From IMG/VR virus record IMGVR_UViG_3300027749_005768, positions 1 through 53,223 of that record: 53,223 nucleotides of DNA. One strand, 5' to 3'. The notes beneath the pieces are model-generated. The model was not told the origin of the DNA. It did not search any database and saw nothing but the letters and a program-made list of their open reading frames with translations. Of the stretch, positions 39,106 through 48,753 are shown one piece after another; position 1 is the first letter of the stretch, and each line of letters begins with the position of its first letter. Position numbers and translations under genes: made by a program. The DNA is from a virus. Taxonomy: Duplodnaviria > Caudoviricetes.

Positions 39106-39740
39106 AGAACACCATCCACAAGACCTAATTCAATACACTTTGAAGATTCAAACCATAGGTCGTGTTTAAGAATCTCATCTATTTGCTTCATCGGCACCTT
39201 TGTATATTGCTTATAGATATCTTTAATCATTTTCATAATACGGCGATTGTTTTCCATATCATCTTCTAATTCTGAGAACTTACCATATGCACCTGATGTT
39301 AACTGATGAATAAGCATTAAAGAATTTTTACCAATATAACGCTTCTTACCTACTACAGAGATAAGAGTTGCAGCTGAAGCAGCAGCTCCATCAATGTATG
39401 TATGAACTTCAGATTTTAGAGTTCTAATTGTATCAATAATAGCAAGACCTGCAAAGACTGATCCACCATATGAGTTAATTCTTAGCTTAATATGAGGTGT
39501 AAAATCAGGACCTAAAAAGTTATATGTATTTTTAAGTTTTGCATCAAGCTCATATAGTACGGAGTTGAGATCTAGTGCGGATTGCTCAGTTACATCTGTA
39601 TAAAAGAAAACTGTATTTTCTACTACCCTGATACCGCTACTAGCAGCTCCACCACCTAATCCACCGGCATTTATAAAAATTTGCTGTGGCTTAGTCTCTT
39701 CCTCATCAACACCCTCGTTCAGATTATATTTCCACTTCAT
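39102..39740 (-). CDS. clpP: ClpP-like serine protease
   Basis: INSYGGSV.AG, AASAA (Ser), LIHQ (His), HDLW (Asp). Confidence 0.85.
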   Translation of the reverse strand: MKWKYNLNEGVDEEETKPQQIFINAGGLGGGAASSGIRVVENTVFFYTDVTEQSALDLNSVLYELDAKLKNTYNFLGPDFTPHIKLRINSYGGSVFAGLAIIDTIRTLKSEVHTYIDGAAASAATLISVVGKKRYIGKNSLMLIHQLTSGAYGKFSELEDDMENNRRIMKMIKDIYKQYTKVPMKQIDEILKHDLWFESSKCIELGLVDGVL

Positions 39741-39756
39741 GTTATTATTTAATATA

Positions 39757-41406
39757 TTACGCTTCACATGATGAACAATTTAAAATACTTCTTGCAAGTT
39801 CCTGGGCTGGATTAGCGCTACGTTGATAGTATAAAGACTTGACACCTTGCTCCCACGCGAAGATAAGTAACTCATTGACTTCCTTAGGCTTAGCGTTAGG
39901 AGGAATCATTAAATTAATTGATTGTCCTTGGTCAATATACTTTTGTCTTTGCGCTGCTTGAATGATAATTTCTTTCTGAGAGATTTCACCAAACGTCTTA
40001 AATACATCCTTCTCATCTTGCGTAAGAAACTTAAGATGTTGGACAGATCCACCATGCGAGAGAACATCTTTCCATACTTCAAGTGTATCTTGATCTTTTG
40101 TTTTCAAGAACTTAGCAAGATAAGGATTCTTGAAAGTAAACTTACCCTTAGCAAGATCCTTAGTAAAGTAATTACTATTAAGAGGTTCAATAGAAGGAGA
40201 TACTTGACCGAGAATAAATGAACTAGATGTAGTAGGAGCAATAGCAATCGTTGTAGTATTACGTCTCCTGTAACCTTCAAGTAGAGGCGGTTCACCAAAG
40301 ATACCAGCTAACTCTACTGTAGCTTTATCGCATTTAGTTCTAAGAGTTGAGAATACTTCACCATTTAAAAGCTTAGCATCCATAGATTCGAAAGCAATAA
40401 GTTTTGATTGAAGTAAAGAATGCCAACCAAGTACACCTACACCAACAGCACGTTGATTAACAGCGAACTTTCTAGGTGCTTCCATAAATGGAACTCCTTC
40501 AGTCTTATTAATAAACTCGGTCATGACCGAGTCAAGAAAATACACAAGCGTCTCAATTGCATCTGTATCTTTAAGATCATCCCAACGTTCAAGGTTAATC
40601 GAAGAAAGGTCACATACAAACGATTCATCATCTTGATTGGAAAGGAAAATCTCTGTACAAAGATTAGAATGATTAATCTTTAAGCCTTTATCTTTATAGA
40701 CTTGAGGAGCTTGATTATTAGCAGTATCAGTAAAGAAGAGATAAGGGTAACCAGATTCAAAGCGCTTCTTAATAACAAGACCCCAAATCTTACGAGCTTC
40801 CTTATCACCAGCGATCATCTTTTGCATCCATTCATCGGTAATAGTAACACCAATCGAAAGATCTTGAATGTCATTACCTTCACCTCTAATGCCTAGAAAC
40901 TCTTCAATATCACCGTGATCAATAGGTAGATAAGCAGCAAAAGATCCACGACGTACATTGCCTTGTGATACATAATTAACTAAAGAATCAAAAACTGTTA
41001 ACTGGTGATGTACGCCTGTAGCAGTACCACCAGAATTAATAACCGAACCACGAGGTCTAATAGCACCAAAGTAACCAGAAGTACCTCCACCAATCTTAGA
41101 CATAGCACCAATTTCGCCAATCTTGGTAAGAATCTTATTCATGTCATCTGGTACATAACTACCAAAGCATGAAATAGGTGCGCCACGATCTCTACCAAAG
41201 TTACTCCAGATGGGAGTAGATAGAGAATAGAACCCACGATGCATATAGGATTCAAACTTATCAGCAAAGCCTTCTATACCTAAATATCTTTCAGCTGCAT
41301 CAGCAATATCTCTAATGCGTTGCTCTGGTGTCTCATCTTTTGTGAGGTAGTCTCTCTCTAGAAATTTTCTAGAGTCCTTGTTTAGCCAGTAAATATCTTT
41401 GCTCAT
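39757..41406 (-). CDS. nrdA: class Ia ribonucleotide reductase alpha subunit (no ATP cone)
   Basis: PISCF, RRGSFA, SNLCTEI, CDLSS, APT..SS, DQGQS.N, KSLYY, C-terminal CxxC. Confidence 0.95.
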   Translation of the reverse strand: MSKDIYWLNKDSRKFLERDYLTKDETPEQRIRDIADAAERYLGIEGFADKFESYMHRGFYSLSTPIWSNFGRDRGAPISCFGSYVPDDMNKILTKIGEIGAMSKIGGGTSGYFGAIRPRGSVINSGGTATGVHHQLTVFDSLVNYVSQGNVRRGSFAAYLPIDHGDIEEFLGIRGEGNDIQDLSIGVTITDEWMQKMIAGDKEARKIWGLVIKKRFESGYPYLFFTDTANNQAPQVYKDKGLKINHSNLCTEIFLSNQDDESFVCDLSSINLERWDDLKDTDAIETLVYFLDSVMTEFINKTEGVPFMEAPRKFAVNQRAVGVGVLGWHSLLQSKLIAFESMDAKLLNGEVFSTLRTKCDKATVELAGIFGEPPLLEGYRRRNTTTIAIAPTTSSSFILGQVSPSIEPLNSNYFTKDLAKGKFTFKNPYLAKFLKTKDQDTLEVWKDVLSHGGSVQHLKFLTQDEKDVFKTFGEISQKEIIIQAAQRQKYIDQGQSINLMIPPNAKPKEVNELLIFAWEQGVKSLYYQRSANPAQELARSILNCSSCEA

Positions 41407-41822
41407 ATAAATTATCGAAATAGTTCTTGGTAGTCTTTTGGAAGTGTGTTGATATCGATCAACTTCGCTTTAATTTTTTCAATATTATTATTAATAGCTT
41501 TTTGCAATCTATGATGACCATCTAGAATTTGATATTTACCTTGCTTTTTTAAGACAATAATAGGGTATTGTAGATCAGACTTTTGAATATTAGCTAATGT
41601 TTTAGCGTCTTTTTTATCTTTATGTAAAGCGTATGGCTCTAACGCCTTAGTTAACATTTCAATAACAGGAACATTTTTCGTAACATTCATCAAATCATTT
41701 ATTGTTACTGTTATCTCCTTACCGTTAATAGTATCTGTCCAAGATGTATTACCCCAGTTCTCACCGTGTATACTCTCATACAAAAATTGTAGTTTGTGTG
41801 TATCTTTGCTCATATAAATTAT
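41394..41822. repeat. 22-bp direct repeat (41394-41415, 41801-41822) duplicating the nrdA start
   Basis: TATCTTTGCTCATATAAATTAT exact twice. Confidence 0.9.
41412..41813 (-). CDS. ParB/Srx-like nuclease-domain protein
   Basis: DL.YPIIV....YQILDGHHRL.KA. Confidence 0.75.
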   Translation of the reverse strand: MSKDTHKLQFLYESIHGENWGNTSWTDTINGKEITVTINDLMNVTKNVPVIEMLTKALEPYALHKDKKDAKTLANIQKSDLQYPIIVLKKQGKYQILDGHHRLQKAINNNIEKIKAKLIDINTLPKDYQELFR

Positions 41823-42307
41823 TATAAAATTGCGTTAGTGTTTAAAATTACTAATGAAAGGTTTTCAGATTCAGTATTACCTTCTGCAGTATTATGATAT
41901 ACTGCAACGGTATAACCTCTTTGACGTGCACGCTTTATCTGTGAACCGTTTTCGGCATTGAATGATCCACCTTCATCTTCAAGAAGAATAGGGTATACTT
42001 TTTGAAGATCAATAGTATATTTATAAATATACCAATCATCTTCTTCCATTATTTCAAACCGATCGCGCGCTTGTTCAATAGACCCAAAGTGTGATGCGTA
42101 ATCTTCAAAATCTGTTACAGGTGTAAAATTTTGATTAGGTGAATGAGCAGCTTTATATGCATTTATGTAAGGTATCTCTTGTAATACAGAAAAGGAAATA
42201 TCAGCCGTTAAATTAGGAGCTGTATTTACCTTAACTCTATCTACAAATGATTCTAATTGTTCATTCCAATCATATGTTTCCTCTAAAAAAATACTAAAAC
42301 TTTTCAT
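41822..42307 (-). CDS. hypothetical protein, possible internal head protein
   Basis: N-terminus MKSFSIFLEE; AYKAAH...HFGS..QA could be an ADP-ribosyltransferase-like pattern (uncertain). Confidence 0.55.
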   Translation of the reverse strand: MKSFSIFLEETYDWNEQLESFVDRVKVNTAPNLTADISFSVLQEIPYINAYKAAHSPNQNFTPVTDFEDYASHFGSIEQARDRFEIMEEDDWYIYKYTIDLQKVYPILLEDEGGSFNAENGSQIKRARQRGYTVAVYHNTAEGNTESENLSLVILNTNAIL

Positions 42308-42312
42308 AGGTT

Positions 42313-43293
42313 TTAGAATAAATCTTCCTCTGTAAATGATTGACTCTTCTTAGAGTATTCCACGGGCCTGCTATGAAAAAAATCGGTCATATTATTGCCC
42401 AATAATTCTTCCGTAAACCACATAGTAGACTCTAAAATAGAAGAATCTACTTCAAAAGGCTTAGGAAGACCAATTTGTGAAAGTGATTCGTTAATACGAT
42501 TTTTAATAAATTCCTTGAGAATTGGCGCTGAAAGACCTGGTTCATTGATACCATTAACCATCCAATCAACAATCTTACTCTCTGATTTGAATGCTTCGTG
42601 TGCTGCAGCTACAATACGCTCTGTCAGCTCTTCGTCAAAGAGTTCAGGATGTTCTTCACGGATAGTATTAATAATTTGAATACCCACAAGAGCGTGAATG
42701 TTCTCCTCATTACGAGTATACTTAACCTGCTGGTCGGTATCCTTTAAAACGTTCTTAAAGCGAGCAAAATGATTAATAACATAGAACTGCGAGAACAAAG
42801 AAACGTTCTCAACAAACAAAGTAAACAATGTTAAAGCGTATAGATATTGCTTCTTTGAGTCCTTATAGAACCTATGTGTATACTTACGGAGATACTTGAC
42901 TCTCCCTTGTATCCATTCCAGCTTAAGGTTCTCTTCAAAAATATCTTCAAGTTCGAGAACCTTGAGCAAACGTTCGTATGCGTTGTTATGAATTACTTCT
43001 GTATTAGACATAACGATACCAAGATCATATAGAGCTGGGTGAGGTAAATTCTCACCCAACTTAGCCCAGAATGTCTTAACAGCTACTTCAATCTGACCAA
43101 TAGCGGAGAGTGTACGTACTACAATCTCTCTTTCTTGATCTGTCAATTCAACTTTAAACTGTTGAACATCTGATTTAAAGTTAAACTCTTTATCAGTCCA
43201 GAATCCATTATGCATTGCCTCAATGAACTGTTCTGTCCATGGATACAAATTGGGTTTACGACTGATTTGCTCTTCAAAAATACTTTTTCCCAT
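42313..43293 (-). CDS. nrdB: ribonucleotide reductase beta subunit
   Basis: FW...E, EVIH..AY, E.VSLFSQF, EENIH di-iron motifs, TDFF..RP.EY tail. Confidence 0.95.
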   Translation of the reverse strand: MGKSIFEEQISRKPNLYPWTEQFIEAMHNGFWTDKEFNFKSDVQQFKVELTDQEREIVVRTLSAIGQIEVAVKTFWAKLGENLPHPALYDLGIVMSNTEVIHNNAYERLLKVLELEDIFEENLKLEWIQGRVKYLRKYTHRFYKDSKKQYLYALTLFTLFVENVSLFSQFYVINHFARFKNVLKDTDQQVKYTRNEENIHALVGIQIINTIREEHPELFDEELTERIVAAAHEAFKSESKIVDWMVNGINEPGLSAPILKEFIKNRINESLSQIGLPKPFEVDSSILESTMWFTEELLGNNMTDFFHSRPVEYSKKSQSFTEEDLF

Positions 43294-43328
43294 GGCTATA
43301 TATTTAGATTATAAATGTAATATAGCTA

Positions 43329-43556
43329 TTATTGAAGTGGAATACTTTTCTTAAGACTGCCATTATTAAGATTATACATTTTTATAGTCTTATTTTTACC
43401 CTGCTGAACCGTAATAGACATCTCACTCTCCATAACGATAGGCTGTGAAATCATTGTACCGTCTACATTTATAATTCTATGAAGTGAACCTGTTGATGCA
43501 TCATATACTCTTACTGTATTATTATTTCCTACTTGCGCTGTAAATCTCTTTGTCAT
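43329..43556 (-). CDS. hypothetical small beta protein
   Basis: 75-aa ORF in operon. Confidence 0.55.
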   Translation of the reverse strand: MTKRFTAQVGNNNTVRVYDASTGSLHRIINVDGTMISQPIVMESEMSITVQQGKNKTIKMYNLNNGSLKKSIPLQ

Positions 43557-43908
43557 AATTTAAATCCTTTATATTATTTATGAATACCGATACGTCATAA
43601 TCAGATTTATGTGTAGCAAAATTACTACTAGATCTGCTTGAAGTATCACTATTTTTTACTTTATGATATACCATAATATCAATAATTTCTTGCGACTCAA
43701 TATTAATTAAATCACTACCTGTAATATTAAGAATATTACGTATCTCTTGTACATTATAACCGCGTATAATGAGAGATTTAACTTTCTTAGTAACGTAGTA
43801 CTTTTGCAATGTTTCTACATTAGTATATTCTTCTACACGCTTATTAAAATTATCAGTAGTAAACGTAAAAGATTTACCTGAAATCCTACAATTAACAGAT
43901 TTGGACAT
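43522..43908 (-). CDS. hypothetical protein
   Basis: Start moved to ATG 43908, 6 nt after TTGTCT-N16-TATAAT. Confidence 0.6.
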   Translation of the reverse strand: MSKSVNCRISGKSFTFTTDNFNKRVEEYTNVETLQKYYVTKKVKSLIIRGYNVQEIRNILNITGSDLINIESQEIIDIMVYHKVKNSDTSSRSSSNFATHKSDYDVSVFINNIKDLNYDKEIYSASRK

Positions 43909-43922
43909 AAGCCTATTATACA

Positions 43923-44357
43923 TTACTCCCATGGGAAGACAAGCCACGTTTTTTCAGGAACTGAAAACCCATAATAATCAACCATATGTGATGCTTTATC
44001 CTTTACAAATAAAGACGCATACTCAAAAGTGTGTAAATCTTCATGACTATAAAGATATTGAAAAATACGAAATGTATTACCTGAATCGCAAATATCATCT
44101 ACAACTAGATATTTAGATCTAGTTGTTAGTAAATTAGGTTGCTGATATAAAACGTAGTTATCTTCCTGAACTTGATTATTATATGTATTAACACCGAACG
44201 TTAATACTTTTTTATTAAGTTTATAACCTAACATTGTTGCAGGAATAAGTCCTCCACGACCGATTCCAATAATATAGTCGTAGTCTAAACTAACTCTCTC
44301 TGCAAGTTGATCTACCATAAAGGCAATATTTTCATAACTAACAGACTTCTTTACCAT
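43923..44357 (-). CDS. purine phosphoribosyltransferase (Gpt-like)
   Basis: GIGRGGLIPA, LVVDDICDSGNT PRPP loop, W.VFPWE; promoter TTGATT-N17-TATAAT 6 nt upstream. Confidence 0.88.
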   Translation of the reverse strand: MVKKSVSYENIAFMVDQLAERVSLDYDYIIGIGRGGLIPATMLGYKLNKKVLTFGVNTYNNQVQEDNYVLYQQPNLLTTRSKYLVVDDICDSGNTFRIFQYLYSHEDLHTFEYASLFVKDKASHMVDYYGFSVPEKTWLVFPWE

Positions 44358-44405
44358 AAGATAATTATAACTGTATTTTTTGTATTAATCAACTAAATAA
44401 ATGTA

Positions 44406-44747
44406 ATGAGTAAGTATGGTTATGAAGAGCTTCAGTTGCTTTATGAAGATGGCTTTAGAGGTCAAGCAGCAGACTTAGGTACTAATAATTCTAACTATCA
44501 ATATGCACCAAAATCTGATGAAAAACTTTCAGCTAGATTTCCAGCATTACAAGGTATAAAATCAGAACCACTAGGTACACCTACAGGCGATTTTTATAGT
44601 GGTGAAGATGAAGAGGTTACAATACCTATACATCACTTAAAGAAGAAAATTAACGAATTGATAGAAGACGCAAACGATCGCGGTATGGGTCACTCTATTG
44701 ATCATTTACATAGCCTCTTAACGTTTGCTGATAGCTACAAGAAGTAA
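44406..44747 (+). CDS. hypothetical late protein
   Basis: TAAATA at 44394; N-terminal LLYE. Confidence 0.6.
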   Translation: MSKYGYEELQLLYEDGFRGQAADLGTNNSNYQYAPKSDEKLSARFPALQGIKSEPLGTPTGDFYSGEDEEVTIPIHHLKKKINELIEDANDRGMGHSIDHLHSLLTFADSYKK

Positions 44748-45017
44748 TTACTTGCTTCTAGCTATAATTAAATCTAGTATATGATCTGCAAACCAGCATA
44801 CAGCAGCACCATATGTAGCAAATACAACCGGATTATAATGCCCAACTAAGCCTGTAAATACACCAGCCCAAAAGCCTAAACAAAGAGAACAGGAAAATAA
44901 CTCTTTAAAGTATTTATACTTAACGAGTTTACTTTTAAAAAAGGAAAGTATAGAACCATACTTTAATATAAAGCATAACCCTATACATGAAAAGGTATAG
45001 ATAATTAAATTAACCAC
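44748..45017 (-). CDS. small membrane protein with CxxC (DUF1360-like)
   Basis: ELFSCSLCLGFWAG, hydrophobic helices. Confidence 0.6.
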   Translation of the reverse strand: MVNLIIYTFSCIGLCFILKYGSILSFFKSKLVKYKYFKELFSCSLCLGFWAGVFTGLVGHYNPVVFATYGAAVCWFADHILDLIIARSK

Positions 45018-45216
45018 AAATTAGTGTTTCATCCTTTGGCTTATCTAAAGCTCTTACTGCATCTGCAACGAGCTCTAATTCACTCTTTTTAACTCTAATC
45101 TTATTACCATAATCATCGAGAACCTCGTAATTATCTTCATCGATCTTTGTAATAATAGGGCAGCAATTACCCTTACCACACAATTGAATTTCCTGTTCTG
45201 ATAGTCTTTTTAGCAT
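45010..45216 (-). CDS. hypothetical protein
   Basis: 68 aa, LCGKGNCCP, TAAATA box 6 nt upstream. Confidence 0.6.
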   Translation of the reverse strand: MLKRLSEQEIQLCGKGNCCPIITKIDEDNYEVLDDYGNKIRVKKSELELVADAVRALDKPKDETLICG

Positions 45217-45230
45217 ATAAACTATTTACT

Positions 45231-45836
45231 TTAAGCACACGATTTTACCAGTGCTGATTCTGCATCTCTTCTTCTTAAAAGTCCATCTAAACCTTTACCG
45301 ACCCAAATATGTTTCATATTTGTAATTTCTCGTGCAATCGCGGTATAGTCTTTTTTAGGTACGAGGTTATGAATATTCATCATTTCTGTTCTGTTTGTAC
45401 CAGTTAGAGCTCCACCGCGGTTAAAGACTAAAGAAACAAGCGCACCAAACGCGTCAGGTTTAAGTTGATCTACACCAGGAAAAGCTTTAATAGTCTCATT
45501 AATAAATCTCGGTACAGTATTACTTTTAAATACGGCTAAACCACTATCCCAAGATACAGTAATATCCTTTACATTAGGTATTAATAGTTTAGCAAACGAA
45601 CCTTTTGAACCGAGACATTTAGCTAATCTATTAAAGTCAGAATCAGGTAAGTGAGATTTCCAATCTTTTGTAAATTGATCACCTGTGTTATAACCTAGAT
45701 CATAACCAATACCAATTGTAACACCTGAAGCACCACCTGGATATGTTGGATGTTTAAGTTCTTTATTAAAATAAGCCTCACCTCCACCTACTTCATACTC
45801 AAGTATTAAACTAAGAGCTTTATCTGATAATTCCAT
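45231..45836 (-). CDS. endolysin, lysozyme-like (GH24/pesticin-related)
   Basis: E.E, PGGASGVTIGIGYDLG, ALVSLVFNRG, GLLRRR.AE. Confidence 0.82.
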   Translation of the reverse strand: MELSDKALSLILEYEVGGGEAYFNKELKHPTYPGGASGVTIGIGYDLGYNTGDQFTKDWKSHLPDSDFNRLAKCLGSKGSFAKLLIPNVKDITVSWDSGLAVFKSNTVPRFINETIKAFPGVDQLKPDAFGALVSLVFNRGGALTGTNRTEMMNIHNLVPKKDYTAIAREITNMKHIWVGKGLDGLLRRRDAESALVKSCA

Positions 45837-45878
45837 AACACTTGTATTTACTCAATAGTGGATTAAATAATAGTACAT

Positions 45879-46067
45879 ATGGAAACATTAATACAACTAG
45901 TACAACAGTACCCATGGTTTAACGTCGTGGCTGCATTCGTAACATTAGCATCAGCTATCGCTGCCATCACCCCAACACCTAAAGCAGGTTCAACACTTGC
46001 TAAGATCTATTCACTTGTTGATCTTGTTGCCCTTAATATCGGCAAGGCTAAGCAAATCGGCAAATAA
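45879..46067 (+). CDS. putative holin
   Basis: 62 aa, TM segment then TPTP, basic C-terminus, between endolysin and spanins. Confidence 0.55.
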   Translation: METLIQLVQQYPWFNVVAAFVTLASAIAAITPTPKAGSTLAKIYSLVDLVALNIGKAKQIGK

Positions 46068-46327
46068 TGGATATAATCGGTTTAATAAAAAACGCCTTAC
46101 TTGCTCTAACTGTTTATTTACAGCTAAAGAGTAAGGCGTTTGTTTACGATATAAATCAAAAATCTAAAGCTAAACAACAAGAATTAACAGATGAAATTGA
46201 AAAATTACGCACATCTAAGTCTAGCAATGATAATGATAGGGCTGACATCCTGCGCGATGATCTCCTCAAAGAAAGAGCCTATCTACAACATATTTCAACC
46301 GTCTACTCTCTCACTGGTCAAGGGTAA
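46067..46327 (+). CDS. putative i-spanin
   Basis: N-terminal hydrophobic anchor then coiled coil; overlapped by a lipoprotein ORF. Confidence 0.55.
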   Translation: MDIIGLIKNALLALTVYLQLKSKAFVYDINQKSKAKQQELTDEIEKLRTSKSSNDNDRADILRDDLLKERAYLQHISTVYSLTGQG

Positions 46328-46430
46328 ACCTATAATGACTACAGAGGGTCTATATACTCCTCAAACAGACGAGATCTGGGATTCACATGCCAGGTATCGT
46401 AAGCTTGAAGAGCAGTTATTACATAATTAA
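46191..46430 (+). CDS. putative o-spanin lipoprotein (overlapping, +1 frame)
   Basis: MKLK-hydrophobic-LTS/C lipobox, Pro-containing mature part. Confidence 0.6.
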   Translation: MKLKNYAHLSLAMIMIGLTSCAMISSKKEPIYNIFQPSTLSLVKGKPIMTTEGLYTPQTDEIWDSHARYRKLEEQLLHN

Positions 46431-46431
46431 G

Positions 46432-47136
46432 TTATAAGAATAGCCAATCCGTCCATTTAGGCGCCGGGTTGGCTATTCTCCACCTACATGTATCTTTATG
46501 GATATTAAGAAATTGTGCAGCTTCTAATATGGTATCATATTTAACTTTATTAATCATAACAGCTCTTGCTGCTGGATTAAGTTTACCTAATCTAGATATA
46601 GAGAGTTTTGCTTTTGTATGTTCAGTATGTTTAAAAGGATTATTATTAGCGCTTAATTTTCGTTTAAAAGATATAATTTTTTTTGATGTGAGGGTATGTT
46701 TTTTACCAGTAAATGTACCTGGTTGATATTTGAATCTCTCTTTTGCTTTTATAGATAATTTTCCTCTTGTACTCTCGCTACATATATGACCTTTAAGTGT
46801 AGTAGATAACTTTATAGATCGCTCCTGCTTTAATTTTTTATATAAGCAACTATTAGTATATCTTAAACCATTACCACGGGGATTACTAATATTCATAAAA
46901 TGAAATGCGTGTAGCATTTTATATTTACTTTTACCCTTTGTAAATTTACATAAAAGGTAATGACATATATAGTGCTCTCTTGCTGTTAGTACTGCTATAT
47001 TATCTATATTATTAGAACCACCTAATGATCTTGGTAATATATGATGTAATTCAGTATAACAATTAACAATACGTTTTTTACTATTATTAATAATATTATA
47101 ATAAATCTGTCTATACTTATTATTAATTATCGTCAT
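46432..47136 (-). CDS. HNH homing endonuclease with NUMOD3-like repeats
   Basis: ELHHILPRSLGG.N...N...LT.REH...H.LL; H(T/S)xx(T/S)KxK(L/I)S repeats; downstream of thyX. Confidence 0.88.
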   Translation of the reverse strand: MTIINNKYRQIYYNIINNSKKRIVNCYTELHHILPRSLGGSNNIDNIAVLTAREHYICHYLLCKFTKGKSKYKMLHAFHFMNISNPRGNGLRYTNSCLYKKLKQERSIKLSTTLKGHICSESTRGKLSIKAKERFKYQPGTFTGKKHTLTSKKIISFKRKLSANNNPFKHTEHTKAKLSISRLGKLNPAARAVMINKVKYDTILEAAQFLNIHKDTCRWRIANPAPKWTDWLFL

Positions 47137-47830
47137 TTATGTCTAATAAACATTGCGCTGAAATCGGAAATTTCTCCAGAACAATTTTTTTGATTTGATC
47201 TGCAACAAGTCTTGTTTCGCGCTGAACATCTTTGGTAGATCTTAATTTACAGACTCGTACAAAAAAAGCTAAACTACCTGTCCAATACCATTCTGTATAC
47301 ATATTTTGCGGTAATATCATCCTGGCTTGCTCAGGGCAAATACCCGCTTCAAGCATAATATGATATGTATTAAGAGCTTGCGCATTTAAAGTCTTGGTAA
47401 ACTTTGTAACACTTTCTGTTATAGACACTTTATTACCTTTAATGTCACCCATATACGGATGTGTAAAGCTAATTTCTTCTACGAATTGATCTTCATGAGA
47501 GCCTTGCTTTTTATCTTTATTACGCATACGCCAGTTCTCTGGATAATAAAACTCAGGCGCCGTGTCAACATAACGTCTCGAAACTTCATTAATAACACCT
47601 CCAATAGTATGCTTAAACAATTGACGCGCTACAAACAAGGGAGCTTTAACATGGAACGAAAGAGAGGCATGACCAAAAGGAGTCCAGTGATTCTCTCTAG
47701 CAAGAAACGCGATTAAACGTTTATCACCTTCAGTAATATTACCTGTATCATTTACTTTATCGAATGATACTCTAGCAGCATTAACTACAGAGAGATCAGA
47801 TCCCATACTATCTACTAGTTTAATTTCCAT
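47123..47830 (-). CDS. thyX: flavin-dependent thymidylate synthase
   Basis: VVNAARVS, HWTPF, ARQL.KH, NEVSRRY, PEQARM.LP, R....Q.E. Confidence 0.93.
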   Translation of the reverse strand: MEIKLVDSMGSDLSVVNAARVSFDKVNDTGNITEGDKRLIAFLARENHWTPFGHASLSFHVKAPLFVARQLFKHTIGGVINEVSRRYVDTAPEFYYPENWRMRNKDKKQGSHEDQFVEEISFTHPYMGDIKGNKVSITESVTKFTKTLNAQALNTYHIMLEAGICPEQARMILPQNMYTEWYWTGSLAFFVRVCKLRSTKDVQRETRLVADQIKKIVLEKFPISAQCLLDINDDN

Positions 47831-47833
47831 ATA

Positions 47834-47956
47834 TTACTTACCTTGACCGCGATACTTCTTTTTGTAATTTTTAGATTGCTTAAGATGCGAAGTTTTAGCT
47901 TTAGCATGAATACCTTTACGACGAATTTTTTGTGTAGCTGATGTTTTATTCTTCAT
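47834..47956 (-). CDS. 40-aa basic peptide ending YRGQGK (not in supplied ORF track)
   Basis: Manual translation MKNKTSATQKIRRKGIHAKAKTSHLKQSKNYKKKYRGQGK; stop 3 nt before thyX ATG. Confidence 0.75.
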   Translation of the reverse strand: MKNKTSATQKIRRKGIHAKAKTSHLKQSKNYKKKYRGQGK

Positions 47957-48036
47957 TACATTAAAATAATATAATAAAAATGAAATAAATCAAGACTATC
48001 ACTGGCGAATACGTATAAATATATTAAATTAATCGT

Positions 48037-48219
48037 ATGGAAGAACGTGTATACATAACAGAGATATTCAAACAGGAGCTAGTTAACCTTGGTTGCGTAG
48101 CTGTTGATTATATTGATATATATAGAAAAGAAGGAAGTAAAATATTTTTTCAGGCAGGTAAGTGTAAATTTCACTTCTCTAAAGATGAGTTAGCAGAAGC
48201 TACTCTTACCGCGGAGTAG
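48037..48219 (+). CDS. hypothetical protein
   Basis: 60-aa ORF downstream of a TATAAATA box. Confidence 0.5.
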   Translation: MEERVYITEIFKQELVNLGCVAVDYIDIYRKEGSKIFFQAGKCKFHFSKDELAEATLTAE

Positions 48220-48748
48220 AACTACACTCTGAAGGATACATAGCTTCTCGCTTTATAGTAAAGCTATAAAGTTTTTTACCACTTTGATCTTCATATTCAG
48301 GACCGTTATACCTTTTCATTAAATCAGTCATAAACCGCTCCTGTGTAGTTGATAGTGAACACGCTTTAAAGTGGTACGTATTACCAGCTTTAACCACGTG
48401 CATATAGCCTGCTAAATAAAGTATTTTATATAAAGCATCAGAACCAGCCGCTATCATATTACCAAATTCTTGCTCTACCTTATCTGTTAGAGTATCATTT
48501 TCATCCCGGTAATCATATGCAGCAATCAGCATATTTTTTGCAGCTTCAGAATGTTGTGAAGTAGCAATATAGTTACCAGATTTATCAACCCAGAGTCCGT
48601 AAGGAGGACGATCTGGTAATTTACTTCTTGATGTTAATCCTAATATACTAATAGGCACACCAGAAATAATACTGTGACCACTCTCCTGTGAAGTATCGAT
48701 ATTAGAAGCAATACTTTCACGTAAAAAATATTCTTTAAACGAAATCAT
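48206..48748 (-). CDS. hypothetical protein, possible internal head protein
   Basis: N-terminus MISFKEYFLRES. Confidence 0.6.
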   Translation of the reverse strand: MISFKEYFLRESIASNIDTSQESGHSIISGVPISILGLTSRSKLPDRPPYGLWVDKSGNYIATSQHSEAAKNMLIAAYDYRDENDTLTDKVEQEFGNMIAAGSDALYKILYLAGYMHVVKAGNTYHFKACSLSTTQERFMTDLMKRYNGPEYEDQSGKKLYSFTIKREAMYPSECSSTPR

Positions 48749-48753
48749 AACTA

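Noticed and set aside
47123-47830. ThyX motif KHT instead of RHR
   Set aside because: Other catalytic motifs intact; KH variants are familiar in phage ThyX
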